From positions 1-57,259 of IMG/VR virus record IMGVR_UViG_3300022074_000044: 57,259 bases of DNA, one strand, 5' to 3'. Position numbers and translations under genes: made by a program. Positions 45,901 through 55,626 of this stretch are shown piece after piece. This DNA is from a virus (Duplodnaviria > Caudoviricetes). The notes under the pieces were generated by a model. That model had not been told where the DNA came from. It did not search any database and worked only from the letters and a program-made list of their open reading frames with translations. The stretch's first letter is position 1. The number at the start of each line of letters is the position of its first letter.

Positions 45901-48900
45901 AAAGTAATGTTATTTCTACCAGTAACTTCTGCATCAGATGTTCCATATAACTTTCTAGCATCAGAAGGAACAACAGGAGTTAAATTATAGAATGATTTAC
46001 TTGGCCAACCAGTTGTTCTGATAGTTACTGTGGCATCTACATTTCCAGAAATACCATCTCTAGAAATATTGAATCCAGTATCGTTTGTACCGTTGACATC
46101 AAGTTTTTCTCTGAATGATGAATCTTCAAAGAAGTCAAGTCTCATATCCAATAGACTTTGATCAGATACATCAAATGTAACTGTATTACCACTAGTGAAC
46201 TCTAGAGGTGGATTGATCTTAGCAAGGTAACTTAAATTATTAGCAGATGCTTCAGTTACAGTAGATATCGATACTATGTTAGCCTCAAGTACATCTGACT
46301 TGTACTTACATAGTTTGATTGCATCAGTGTTTAATCTAAGAACAAAGTATGTCTCATTATTCACCAAACCAGCAATTGTATTTCCGCCATTGTAAAATAC
46401 AACCTTATCACCACTTTGTAGAGATTCATCTGGTATTGTAATTTCAGTCAAGTCTGATGAGAAGGCAGATACCGCAAATCCTATTTTACCTGTGGTAACT
46501 TTAGCAAGAACTGGATCATATCTTATTTCAGTTGTTTCGGTTGATTGTGGTATAGCATCTAGTGTTACTATGTCACCAGTTAGCAATCCGTGAGCAGAAG
46601 TAAGTCCTACATCACCAAAGAACCTTTCTACCTTTGTAGTTACTTTGGGGAAGTTAGTAGTAAAGGATTGTGCAAACCCAGAGTTGGATGCTACTTCGTA
46701 GAACCATATTGCATCTCCAGTTGTAGGAATACCAGTAGTTGATAATCCAATGAAGTCTGGTTCAAAATTTATTGCATATACGTCACTCTGATCAATAAGA
46801 ACTTCTGTACCAACACCAGATGTTGCACCAGCAGATACCTTCGCCCATACAAGTGAAGTTCCACCAATACCCATGTTATAAGTCAATTTCTGGCCAGTAA
46901 AGAAGGTATGATCTTTAATGTAAATTCTCTGTTGAGGAACGAACCTATTCTCAACTGTTTGTACTGTGCTTAATCCAGTAAGAGGTAAAGTATAGTGTGT
47001 TCCAGTAGAACCAACACCAACTGTCTGTTGAGGGTTGAAGAAGACGACTTTGTTCTCAAAAGTAAATCTGGTTATGGTTGAGAAACCAACTGGGAAAGTA
47101 AACTTGGTTGGTTTTAAATTAACGTTGTTTGTTCCAGCCGCATGAGTCATTGCAGCACCAACAAAGTTTTCTCTGTTTACAAACAGTCTATTGAACTGAG
47201 AATCAATGGCGGTGATAGTAAGTGACTCAGTTCCAATTCCAATGATGTCATTTGTTTCAAATCCTGTTACATCAGTAACAAAGATAGAAGTGTTTACACC
47301 AGTTGCAGTTACATTGTCTAAGTACTGAGAAAGACCAACTGATCTTTGTTTAACATTGACTTTCTTAGGTCCGTTGAACTCTGCAAAGGAAGAAGTGCTA
47401 ATACCACTAAGAATTAGTGTTTCTTGATCTGCAACTCCATGTGGAAAACTTGTAATACCAGTAATAGTGTTTTTTGTCTTTACAATCTCTGTATTAGCGA
47501 AAGTAGAGACTCCGATCTGCACTGAGGTGACAGGTTTACCTAAAACAGATCCAACTACGATATTTGCTCCGCTTCCATTGGTTCCTGTGTTGTCTAGAGT
47601 CAATGTATCGTCAACTTTGTATCCATCACCTCTAGAGAAGATAGTTACAGAAGAAATACCAGAACTCTTAGTCTTGATGACTTCAAATTCTTGTTTTAGG
47701 GCATCTTTAACATCGTCAATCAATTCATAGTCAGAATTACCAAATGAGAGAGAATATGGAGCTACGTTTCTTGTAAGTTCTCTAGATGATATGTCAATAT
47801 CCTGATTGAAGAAAGTTACGAAGTTTTCTTCGATAGGAGTGTCTTTAAATGAACCACCAAGCAGATATGGGAATTTTGGTTTAGCAACACCACTAGAATC
47901 AACATCTACACTGTAGAAGTAAGCATATACACCATCTGGGTACTGTGGAGTCACACAATAACGTCCACCATGCACGTCTAGGTCGCCTGAGTTGTCAAAA
48001 AGGTAATCATTGGTAAAGTATCCAAAAGCAAAGCCAGGTGGTCTTAAACCTGATCTAAGAGTCGTATCAAGAATGTATCCTGACTGCAATCTCTTGATTG
48101 CCCCTCCTGTTGCGTTCTGATATCCATAAGGACCGTAAATTGGGTTGCCGTCATAAGCAAATCCAAGTATAGGTGAGTGGAAAGCGTTTGGTGTCTCTAA
48201 ATTAGCAGAGTCAATGTTGTCTCCAAGTTGGAATCTAAGTTTTTGTGGAGGATAGATACCAATTGTCTGTAATTGGAAAGCAGGGTTCGTACTTGGCTTG
48301 GTAAGTAGAGAATCTTCGTTACTGATGATGGCATCATTCTTCTGAACTTGGTTTATCTTCCACTCTTTTACATCTGCTATGAATTTAGCAGATTTACCTC
48401 TGTTTTGTAAAGTTAGAGTTGTATCACTTGCGTTGTAATTGATACCACCGTCAAGAATAGTAACACCACTAATTTTGTCTCCAGTAATGATTGGTTTTAC
48501 GTCTGCAAAGCTACCAGTAGGACTTGTGATGATAATATCGGAGTCTTCACGGTATCCTTTACCAGAGGCGAGTATCTGAACATCTACTATCGATCCATCA
48601 ATGATGATTGGCTTCAAAAGAGCGTTAAAGACAACAGTTGAGATACCAACATCGGGTCTTCTATGGAAATCCATGATATTAGTACAACCATAACCAATAC
48701 CACCTTCTTCTAGGTAAACACTCTCAATACTTCCCAACACTAGAGGGTCAAGCTCAGGTTTGATGATAGTTGTGCTACCAATAGCAGATAAACTTTCTAC
48801 GTTTACTACTATAGGAGGATATTTTATAGTATGTTTTCCAGATCCGATTCCACGAATTACGACTGATTTATTTTTGTTATAATTCTTTAAATTTCTTTGT

Positions 48901-51900
48901 GAGGAAACACCAACATCACATAATCTGAATCTATTACTGTCAATTTTCTTAATAGCGTACTGTGTGGTTGTAGAAAGACCATTTGCAACTGTTCCATCAG
49001 TAGAGTATTCTACTATTTCTCCATTATGGAAATTATGGTTGTATGCTAGTATGTAATCATCAGATGTGCTAATACCAGACTGTGTATCTCCGTTTGTTGG
49101 TCTACCCTGAACAACTACCTTCTTATTTGAGTATCCTGAACCAGAGTTTTTAACATAAATCTTGGTTATGGTATTTTTAGCATTAAGTGAAGTAAACTTA
49201 TGGAAACCAAAACTGATATTACCAATATCAACAGTGTTGATACCAGCTTTAGCATCTTCTGGTGTTTTGTGTAACTTAATTTTCTTATCATTGATTACAC
49301 CAGCGAAATAAGTTGCACCATCAGTGACGTTAACAATAGGAGTGTTACCTCTAGAGTCATATACGATACCTTCACCTATTTCAAAGTTATGTCTTTCTGG
49401 AAAAGTGATACTTTCATCAAATGTGTCAACAGCTGATCCATCTGCTTTGAAATTGGCAACAATGCTTCCTCTAACTAGATTAGACTCAAGGACGGCACCA
49501 GTTCCGTTACCACCTTCAACAGTAATCTTGGGTTTTTCTTGATATCCGATGCCAGGAGCAACCAACTTAACTTCTCTGAATGATCCAGATACGTTAGCAT
49601 AAGCAACACCACCACTACCTTGTGCGTCGTTAATGACGAGTGGAGGTCCTGTGATAACATCATAATCTTTGCCTGGATTGGTGACTGTAATCTCTGTAAT
49701 ATCACCGTGGAAGATCTGTTCATCAAAAACGGTAGGTGGGAAGACCTCAACACCGTTTGCCATCAATCCTACGGCTCTGTTATTGACTAATCTTTCGTTT
49801 GGATCGTCAAAAAGATTTTTTTGTTTGTAGAAAGGATACTTTCTAAGAATCTTCTGGTTCTTGAGTGTTTTGTTCTCCCAACCAGACTTGTAGATGTACT
49901 GACCAGGCGTTCCTGTTCTAACAGCAATATATTTCTTAGCAAATACATCAGATCCACTAAATGAAAGATAAAACTCAGTTTGGTTGATTGCAGTTACAAA
50001 GTATATACCAGTATTGATTCCACTATTGGTTGTGTTGTCCCAATAGATCTTATCTCCAGTTACATAGTTGTGATTTAGGAGTGTACCAGCGGATGCTGCA
50101 GGGTCGAAGGCGGGGTCAAACGATTGAATGGTATAAGTAAACCCACCACCAAGTAAAGGTGTCCCAGAACCGTCTACAACCTCTGATGTACTAGTTTTTA
50201 CAAATACTTTATTGTCAGTTGCAAAAATAGGGTAGTTTGGTAAACCAGAAGAAGCGATGTAGAAGAATTCTTCTGACTTATCAAGGTAACTATTCTGTAC
50301 ACCAACAGGAAACGCATCTACACCTGTAAAGTAATTAGAATTATGTTCTGCCTTTGTAACAGTCTTTGTAATTGTAATTGCATTAGCTGGAAGTGTAGTA
50401 GCTGTCTGAACAACGATAGTATTAGCATAAACTTTAGAGAGATTGGTTGCATCATACTCAATATCTTTGATAGTGACTGTTGATGAATCTCCAAATTGGT
50501 TTTTAACAATTAATATCTCATCAACGTAGAAAACAACTGCATCAAATAAAACAATTCTGAAAGTATTGACGTTTACTTGGTTTACAGAAGCAATATTGTG
50601 AGTAGATGGTATGTTGTAAATCCAATTATTGAATTGTGGCGAATCTCCTAAGTCTCTACCGAAAGAAAGTAACTTAAGACTATCACCAACTTGCATATTG
50701 GTAGATGCACTTGTATCAACTTCATCAATAACATTAACAAGTCTGAATTCCATCAATGATGTCTGTCCGAATCCAGCATAAGCATATGCAAGCTTGTTTT
50801 CTAGAACATCAGCACCAAAAACTAATGATGTAGTAACACCAGATACTCCTAAGAACTGGTTTACTGTTTTGTCAGTGTAACTAAAGGTTAAAAAGTTAGC
50901 ACCTTCTCTAGGTCTTACTAATAGTGTTCCACTTTGACCAAATCCGACTGTAGAGTCAACTACAATACTGGTAGAGTTCTCTGGTGTGATTTCTAATGCC
51001 TTTGTTTTACCAGGCACAGAGAATGTACCATCAAATGATGTAGAGTCAAGAGACATCTCGTAGAAGTCAACCTGATTGATTGGTCTGTACTCAACATTGT
51101 AGATAGAAGCACTTACAGTACCAATACCACTAACGTCTTGATACAAGAAGTTACCAATAGACTCTAGAGGTTGTGCAGCTGGAGTTAAGTTCTCAAGTAG
51201 AACGTGTTTAGTTTTGAAATATACGTTTGCAGAAGGTACGATTGTTTGTTCAATCGGTTTTAAGAGTTCAATGTCTTCACCGTAGAGAAGTTTGAAAAGA
51301 ATCTGATATGAAGAGTCAGTTCCCTTTGACATATAGAAGTCTTTTGCCCTAGTCAGGATGTTTGTGATAGATGTTCCAGTTATGAAACTTCTATTTTCAA
51401 ATCCAGGCAAGAACTCTTCTTTGAACTTGGTGAAAAATGTTTGTAAGAAAAGATTACTTAAGTTAGTAACTACAGATCCAGATACATGTTGTGCAGCATT
51501 GGTGGATTGGAAGTTTAAGAACTCTGCATCGTCTTCTTTTGATATCTGATCGATACCACTGAATCCTCTAGAACATCCAGTAAACGATGTAGCAGTTTTA
51601 CCAGTATATGTGATTATCTCATCATCTATCTTAAGTAGACCATATGTATCTGGCCATCCAACAGTAGAAGCTACCTGTATTGTTCTGTCAGCAGCGAAAA
51701 CATCATCTGTAAGAGTCGTTGATGTAGCTAAAGTCTCTGAATTGAAAGCACCGATCTTTCGATACTCAGGAAGATTGTTCGCTAAGTCAGCTGTACCAGA
51801 TTTATGTTCCTGTGATTCGTAATATTGATTTAAAAAGCTCGCAAAAAGAGGTGATTCCTGATTTAGAAATTCTGGAATCTGAGATTGTATGACATGAGAG

Positions 51901-51926
51901 ACTTTTACTCTTTTAATATCTGTCAT
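42924..51926 (-). CDS. gp7: Baseplate wedge initiator gp7-like protein, N-terminal part (3000 aa)
   Basis: Follows gp6; QIPEF...F..FL.QYYES.E, KDFY.SKGT.SS..ILFKLLY, HSPILGFAYDGNPIYGPYG, DNFYFQKFSYSIKS...W...V...VHPSG. Confidence 0.8.
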   Translation of the reverse strand: MTDIKRVKVSHVIQSQIPEFLNQESPLFASFLNQYYESQEHKSGTADLANNLPEYRKIGAFNSETLATSTTLTDDVFAADRTIQVASTVGWPDTYGLLKIDDEIITYTGKTATSFTGCSRGFSGIDQISKEDDAEFLNFQSTNAAQHVSGSVVTNLSNLFLQTFFTKFKEEFLPGFENRSFITGTSITNILTRAKDFYMSKGTDSSYQILFKLLYGEDIELLKPIEQTIVPSANVYFKTKHVLLENLTPAAQPLESIGNFLYQDVSGIGTVSASIYNVEYRPINQVDFYEMSLDSTSFDGTFSVPGKTKALEITPENSTSIVVDSTVGFGQSGTLLVRPREGANFLTFSYTDKTVNQFLGVSGVTTSLVFGADVLENKLAYAYAGFGQTSLMEFRLVNVIDEVDTSASTNMQVGDSLKLLSFGRDLGDSPQFNNWIYNIPSTHNIASVNQVNVNTFRIVLFDAVVFYVDEILIVKNQFGDSSTVTIKDIEYDATNLSKVYANTIVVQTATTLPANAITITKTVTKAEHNSNYFTGVDAFPVGVQNSYLDKSEEFFYIASSGLPNYPIFATDNKVFVKTSTSEVVDGSGTPLLGGGFTYTIQSFDPAFDPAASAGTLLNHNYVTGDKIYWDNTTNSGINTGIYFVTAINQTEFYLSFSGSDVFAKKYIAVRTGTPGQYIYKSGWENKTLKNQKILRKYPFYKQKNLFDDPNERLVNNRAVGLMANGVEVFPPTVFDEQIFHGDITEITVTNPGKDYDVITGPPLVINDAQGSGGVAYANVSGSFREVKLVAPGIGYQEKPKITVEGGNGTGAVLESNLVRGSIVANFKADGSAVDTFDESITFPERHNFEIGEGIVYDSRGNTPIVNVTDGATYFAGVINDKKIKLHKTPEDAKAGINTVDIGNISFGFHKFTSLNAKNTITKIYVKNSGSGYSNKKVVVQGRPTNGDTQSGISTSDDYILAYNHNFHNGEIVEYSTDGTVANGLSTTTQYAIKKIDSNRFRLCDVGVSSQRNLKNYNKNKSVVIRGIGSGKHTIKYPPIVVNVESLSAIGSTTIIKPELDPLVLGSIESVYLEEGGIGYGCTNIMDFHRRPDVGISTVVFNALLKPIIIDGSIVDVQILASGKGYREDSDIIITSPTGSFADVKPIITGDKISGVTILDGGINYNASDTTLTLQNRGKSAKFIADVKEWKINQVQKNDAIISNEDSLLTKPSTNPAFQLQTIGIYPPQKLRFQLGDNIDSANLETPNAFHSPILGFAYDGNPIYGPYGYQNATGGAIKRLQSGYILDTTLRSGLRPPGFAFGYFTNDYLFDNSGDLDVHGGRYCVTPQYPDGVYAYFYSVDVDSSGVAKPKFPYLLGGSFKDTPIEENFVTFFNQDIDISSRELTRNVAPYSLSFGNSDYELIDDVKDALKQEFEVIKTKSSGISSVTIFSRGDGYKVDDTLTLDNTGTNGSGANIVVGSVLGKPVTSVQIGVSTFANTEIVKTKNTITGITSFPHGVADQETLILSGISTSSFAEFNGPKKVNVKQRSVGLSQYLDNVTATGVNTSIFVTDVTGFETNDIIGIGTESLTITAIDSQFNRLFVNRENFVGAAMTHAAGTNNVNLKPTKFTFPVGFSTITRFTFENKVVFFNPQQTVGVGSTGTHYTLPLTGLSTVQTVENRFVPQQRIYIKDHTFFTGQKLTYNMGIGGTSLVWAKVSAGATSGVGTEVLIDQSDVYAINFEPDFIGLSTTGIPTTGDAIWFYEVASNSGFAQSFTTNFPKVTTKVERFFGDVGLTSAHGLLTGDIVTLDAIPQSTETTEIRYDPVLAKVTTGKIGFAVSAFSSDLTEITIPDESLQSGDKVVFYNGGNTIAGLVNNETYFVLRLNTDAIKLCKYKSDVLEANIVSISTVTEASANNLSYLAKINPPLEFTSGNTVTFDVSDQSLLDMRLDFFEDSSFREKLDVNGTNDTGFNISRDGISGNVDATVTIRTTGWPSKSFYNLTPVVPSDARKLYGTSDAEVTGRNNITFKDVVLKTDHSIIKSSDTSFSFNLIEKPLEPQKVISRAGVSTITYSTQSSNARGPINSTKINFPGKGYTILPRVIGFASTQGQDAIVKVSSPDIGKIDIIERIKDGFDYPTDPTLLPFLSVPAIVDVSGIARMDEIQVVDGGTRYNQAPTLAVRGNDSVQISATVSGGSVDKVDIIQNAFEFSEPLSIITTNNSNGYDIDAVSHSGTDVTVELLLDAQFNIPVTTGFGSTETKLPFAIGDKVFVENCRLKPDSILAGQGNFNSADYDFSFYDVTGVSTSNATVTFSMENAPGISTVTLGTYDDDFTLGSIVNFNDMAKFNMTIINDAKFLSGEKVTSSKFEGFVAENGWNVNISQLRLRDTIGTLRSGDNLFGQISKLNGRVRDVNRFSVRTTLGSTRDKVSKNDMNVGILNDFSQRLSDNFYFQKFSYSIKSKLPYTTWKEPVRSIVHPSGFLEFSDLIIESDPIANTATVGIAKSTNMKVQAVDTKVDLILNIDNEIYMGKRDNFAMVTEDDALPDGSVQRIFFPEGRPIKSFIMNKTNKVLNLDDISSGFNGSHDRTGTLVGSKQFGLTVGGEPVFKKTYNAAATANVDLGLNLLSIQNHNFQTGQAVKLDTQGGTKIGIATTSHTTGDKDIVMSVVTAGVGGSSLFENGYNQQIPGPVTGIAVTENPPGSIFRLYGFGNAEGGVPGFTTTGTGARFQVKFDFDPTTGQCISTAITLTVGGGGYIVGDTVGIAGTFLGGASPANDLLFPVTKTTGSRIGSQGTYSNVPSTNNGGGSGATFNVTRDANLDISTVEVVTGGTGYAVTNTISIAGTYIGGATPGNNIELTPVECGTSVMPDELFVQKLDDVKFRISGFSTSLPFTFTSLGTGTHVLKVQDPNKQALILIDNIIQTPIKNKKLNVVIADSVSESDQGVNVSVGLGSITKGDIIKLDDELLKVKQIGDTTFAQAKTAIARNTVATAFYYDTNRANSSVIRIDDTSVTMDDNPPY

Positions 51927-53801
51927 TTACCTTGTGTAAATTGATTCGCTAGCGTAACTAGAGGTTGTGACGTATGCAGTAGCAGATGTATTCTCACCAG
52001 AGGATACAACATCAGGAAGTGCATTAACTGTACTGTTCGCAACGTCTAATTGAAGGTACAGATCTTTAAGTGCAATAACATCATTAGAATCAGGTATTGC
52101 TTCAACTTGAATCAATCCATTTGCTAATGTAGATCCTGTTATATTTACCACATCCAAATTAATCTCTCCGTGAACGTAATCCACTGTCCCAGCATCATTC
52201 TTAACGATAAGGGGAAGGTTGTTTACAAGTTTGAAGAAAACAAGTTTACCAAAGTCAGTTCCAGCGGTAGGAATATCGCCCAGATATAGAACTCCATCTA
52301 TACCACTCACAGTAAATCCTGTAGAACGTATGCCATATCCGTTTGGTTGGTCATAAAAGGCATTTCCGTAGCAAAGTTCATAAGTTGCAAAAGTATTGAG
52401 TTCAGGCGCAATGTCTCTTCTCATTTTAACTCTTGTAATGTTGGAAGTTACACCTCTTGCAGAGGCATCAATCAATCCAAGAACTTTACTGTACTTAAAT
52501 CTGCCACCAAAGTCATTGATGTCTGATGATTTGGAATATTGTGTAAGTGCTGTTGTTACTGATGTAAGTAATTCAGTTGTATCTGAAACTGAGTTCGTGT
52601 TATAGTAAACAGAAGTATCAACTTCAACGTAAAGATACTTGAGGTCAATAATCTCTGGTTTGATACCAGCGATTGAATATTGTTTGAGTTGCCTAGAGAT
52701 ATCATCCTTTGTAATCTGTGAAAGGAATGAACCGTTTCTTGGTTTGATGGAAATAAACACTTTTCCATACTCAGGTGGATCAAGTTCCTCTCCACCGTAG
52801 GCGGTCACAGACTCTACGTTAGGATATACGAATGGAATGATACCAGAGTAGTCACTTGCCGTTACTGCACGGTATTGTGAGGAGTATATACGAGGTGCAA
52901 GGTATTTGATGGAACTGATGTCTTCAATATTGTCTCCCATTGAAGCTCTGTTCGCAGTTGAGATAACTGAGATACCTTGAGTGATAGCTAAACTTTGGTC
53001 ATCCTGTAAAATACCAACAAATGAGAAATTCTTAGCATCATTTCCAAGTCTTCCGTTGGTTACAATGTAAGTTGCGGTAACAATTGCTCCAGCAGGCGGT
53101 TTTTTACCTAAAATTCCATCTCCAAACAAGATTTCATATTGTTCATCTTCGATTTCTTGAATTAAGAAGAGTTTTGACGTAGCATCAACTCTTAAAATGT
53201 TGTCATACAGCGTATAAATCTCAGAAGTCGTGGATTCAACTGTAACACGGATAGAAGTTGTGTCAATATTCGAGTTTGGAAGAATAAAACGCTGATTTGG
53301 TTGAGAATAATCAATCTGAAAAGTCTTTTGAAGGTAAACTCCTTCGTAAATATTCAAATTATTGAAAACTGCAATATTATTATCACCAGTTGTAGCAACA
53401 AAGTCGTCTGGAATTGAAAAAATGTAAGATCCACCGACTTGATTACCCAATGCAACCTGTCCAGCCTTCAAAGTTACGATTCTTGTGTCGTTAGTTCCTA
53501 AGTCAACGCTAAAATTAACAGTTGCCATCGCAGATCTGCTTGATCTTGGCACATATCCGATATTTCTAGCAAGTGAAACAACGTTTTCACGCAAAGTTGC
53601 ACTGTCAAGGAAACATTCATTGACTGCCATGTTGGTATTGTAGGCAGTAATGTAAGTATTGTATGCTAAAAGGTCAATCAGAGTCGAAAAGTTCGATCCC
53701 TCAAAGTCAAAATCAGCAAAATCACTGTTGACTCGAAGATAATCTTTAATTTGTGCTCTTAGATCTGCAAAATCTAAGTTTGTGAACTGGTTAAACGACA
53801 T
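51927..53801 (-). CDS. gp6: Baseplate wedge subunit gp6
   Basis: LDF..L...IKDYL...F.DFDFEGSN...LAYNTY...NE.FLDSATLRENVVSLA..IGYVP.S; FGDGILG; Q.RAVTA.DY. Confidence 0.93.
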   Translation of the reverse strand: MSFNQFTNLDFADLRAQIKDYLRVNSDFADFDFEGSNFSTLIDLLAYNTYITAYNTNMAVNECFLDSATLRENVVSLARNIGYVPRSSRSAMATVNFSVDLGTNDTRIVTLKAGQVALGNQVGGSYIFSIPDDFVATTGDNNIAVFNNLNIYEGVYLQKTFQIDYSQPNQRFILPNSNIDTTSIRVTVESTTSEIYTLYDNILRVDATSKLFLIQEIEDEQYEILFGDGILGKKPPAGAIVTATYIVTNGRLGNDAKNFSFVGILQDDQSLAITQGISVISTANRASMGDNIEDISSIKYLAPRIYSSQYRAVTASDYSGIIPFVYPNVESVTAYGGEELDPPEYGKVFISIKPRNGSFLSQITKDDISRQLKQYSIAGIKPEIIDLKYLYVEVDTSVYYNTNSVSDTTELLTSVTTALTQYSKSSDINDFGGRFKYSKVLGLIDASARGVTSNITRVKMRRDIAPELNTFATYELCYGNAFYDQPNGYGIRSTGFTVSGIDGVLYLGDIPTAGTDFGKLVFFKLVNNLPLIVKNDAGTVDYVHGEINLDVVNITGSTLANGLIQVEAIPDSNDVIALKDLYLQLDVANSTVNALPDVVSSGENTSATAYVTTSSYASESIYTR

Positions 53802-54217
53802 TATATTCTAGTTGATTGGAGAATGAAGTCTATATTTTGTCTGGGCGATGTGATTCCAACGATGTCGTAGGAAATTTCTACTGTTAAGTCGTTAGTATCC
53901 ATCGGATATATGATCTTAACACCTATATTTGTGACTCTGGGTTCAAAGTTATCAAGTAAAAGTTCAATATCATCCTCTAATTCCATGGCCATAGAGGAAT
54001 CTGCGACTTCAAACATCTGATCTTCGATTTTACTACCTACGAGTGGGTTGTAAAAGCGCTCACCAAGACGAGTTCTGACCAAATTCATGACAGCACGTTT
54101 GATAGAGTTCTCATTTGTGAAGACTCCAATGTCATCTGTAACAGGATGTCTAGCAAATGATAAGCTAATATCCTTAAAAGGTTGACTTTGATTCAGTTGT
54201 TCGTCAATACTTGGCAT
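53801..54217 (-). CDS. gp25: Baseplate wedge subunit gp25
   Basis: FKDISLSF..HPVT.D...IKRAV.NLV.T..GER...P..GS; FEPRV; immediately before gp6. Confidence 0.9.
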   Translation of the reverse strand: MPSIDEQLNQSQPFKDISLSFARHPVTDDIGVFTNENSIKRAVMNLVRTRLGERFYNPLVGSKIEDQMFEVADSSMAMELEDDIELLLDNFEPRVTNIGVKIIYPMDTNDLTVEISYDIVGITSPRQNIDFILQSTRI

Positions 54218-54357
54218 TAATCGTTAGATTCGTTTAAGTTTTGCTTCCTTTTACCATCGTTAGTATCGTCACCGACAACTTCACGCAATACATTCTCTTC
54301 TTTTTTAGGGTTAATGTAAAAATCTTCGTAAGATTTATCCCAATCCTCTAATCTCAT
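54217..54357 (-). CDS. Small hypothetical protein (46 aa; below ORF-track cutoff)
   Basis: MRLEDWDKSYEDFYINPKKEENVLREVVGDDTNDGKRKQNLNESND; TAATG coupling to gp25; late promoter upstream. Confidence 0.65.
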   Translation of the reverse strand: MRLEDWDKSYEDFYINPKKEENVLREVVGDDTNDGKRKQNLNESND

Positions 54358-54381
54358 CAGACTAATATACTATTCAAATTC

Positions 54382-54388
54382 TATTTAG
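54382..54388 (-). promoter_or_regulatory. Late promoter variant CTAAATA for the baseplate operon
   Basis: TAAATA core directly after a terminator. Confidence 0.65.
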
Positions 54389-54392
54389 ACAC

Positions 54393-54418
54393 AAAAAAAG
54401 ACCCTTTGAGGGGTCTTT
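54393..54418 (-). terminator. Intrinsic terminator
   Basis: AAAGACCC-CTCAAA-GGGTCTTT running into a T7 tract. Confidence 0.8.
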
Positions 54419-54437
54419 AGAGTTTTTTAGATGTTTT

Positions 54438-54593
54438 TTAACCAGCAGCGAGTGGAGATTGTGCTTCATTTGTGTTTGCGGCAGCTTTTTTTCTTGCTTG
54501 AGCACTCACATCATACTGTCCTTTTACACTTCCACTAGCAAATCCCTGACTTTCGACATTATGGGGTGCTAATTTTGGATTGGAATCTGCCAT
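54438..54593 (-). CDS. Small hypothetical late protein (51 aa; below cutoff)
   Basis: MADSNPKLAPHNVESQGFASGSVKGQYDVSAQARKKAAANTNEAQSPLAAG; flanked by its own late promoter and terminator. Confidence 0.7.
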   Translation of the reverse strand: MADSNPKLAPHNVESQGFASGSVKGQYDVSAQARKKAAANTNEAQSPLAAG

Positions 54594-54610
54594 TTTTAAC
54601 CGTTTTCTTT

Positions 54611-54796
54611 TTATTTATCTAGAACAGCTCTTAATCTATCCTTAGAAACACCTTCGCCAAGGTAAAATTCCAATCTAACCTTTGCATTTTCTTGAGATAG
54701 TCCTTTATCTCTTTTATCATCTTGAACTTCCCACCCCTGAGTGGTGAGTTCTTCAACTCGCCACACATTGAGTGCTCCAAATTGGTCTAAAGTCAT
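54611..54796 (-). CDS. Hypothetical protein (61 aa)
   Basis: TAATG coupling with the upstream gene. Confidence 0.7.
   Translation of the reverse strand: MTLDQFGALNVWRVEELTTQGWEVQDDKRDKGLSQENAKVRLEFYLGEGVSKDRLRAVLDK
54612..54618 (-). promoter_or_regulatory. Late promoter ATAAATA
   Basis: TAAATA core overlapping the upstream stop. Confidence 0.6.
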
Positions 54797-55554
54797 TAGA
54801 TAATCCTCGTTTTCTCGTGACCAACACGGATCTTAGGATCAATCCAGATCTCCATACCCGCTTCTTTTGCATCGAGACAGAATGAAACATCTTCTCCACA
54901 CATATCTTGTACTTCACCTGAGTCAAATACTTGCATCTTAGGTGCAAACCAAGGATACTTCATATCTTTGTGCTCGAATACACCGTTCTTGACGAGTAAC
55001 CAACCGAAACCAGTGTAGTCAACTGTGAATGGTTTACGTCTACGAGAGATAGACTCAATAGTTTCGTGATTCATCACTCCGCCATTCTTTGCAAAGTCCT
55101 CTTCTTCTAACCAGTGTGCAACAGATGTTGTCTTACCATCTTCTGTGCAGTACCAACCACCAGCGATATCCTTTTGCATCCATACTAAACGATAGAACTT
55201 CTCTGTATCGAATACAATATCAGAGTCGATCCATAACTGCCAGTCGTACTTAAGTTTTCCATCCCAAGGAATCTGATCTGGTCCTCTGAGAACGTTCGCA
55301 CCTAGGCACTTACACCTTGCGAAGTTCACCATTGAACTGTAGTCCTGTGAGATCTGAATGGAACTACCATTCTGAACTAGGTCAAAGCATAGTTGTACGA
55401 AGTTCTTTAGGAAAATATAAGAAACTCCTCGGCCTGGCAGGCAGAATACTATTGCTTTACCCTTTGCTAATGCTTTTGCTTCCTCTAGATTAAAGTCATC
55501 TTCAACTTTCTTCGCTTTCGGAGCATTAGCTTTTACTGTAAATCCTTTTGCCAT
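54796..55554 (-). CDS. GT-A fold (GT2-like) glycosyltransferase-like protein
   Basis: WIDSDIVF (DxD), TGFGWLLV...VFE, GEDVSFC, RVGHEK. Confidence 0.75.
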   Translation of the reverse strand: MAKGFTVKANAPKAKKVEDDFNLEEAKALAKGKAIVFCLPGRGVSYIFLKNFVQLCFDLVQNGSSIQISQDYSSMVNFARCKCLGANVLRGPDQIPWDGKLKYDWQLWIDSDIVFDTEKFYRLVWMQKDIAGGWYCTEDGKTTSVAHWLEEEDFAKNGGVMNHETIESISRRRKPFTVDYTGFGWLLVKNGVFEHKDMKYPWFAPKMQVFDSGEVQDMCGEDVSFCLDAKEAGMEIWIDPKIRVGHEKTRII

Positions 55555-55576
55555 AACATGTTGTAATTACATAGTA

Positions 55577-55605
55577 AGTATACCACGGTCAAACCAATTT
55601 GTCCA
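55577..55605 (-). promoter_or_regulatory. Sigma70-type promoter
   Basis: TGGACA-17 nt-TATACT with extended -10 TG, about 22 nt upstream of the ATG. Confidence 0.6.
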
Positions 55606-55626
55606 TAGTGTTATATTATATAGTCT

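Noticed and set aside
32870-51926. Near-equal lengths (3000 and 2997 aa) suggesting a whole-gene duplication
   Set aside because: The proteins are not colinear and share only short modules; the match is probably coincidence.
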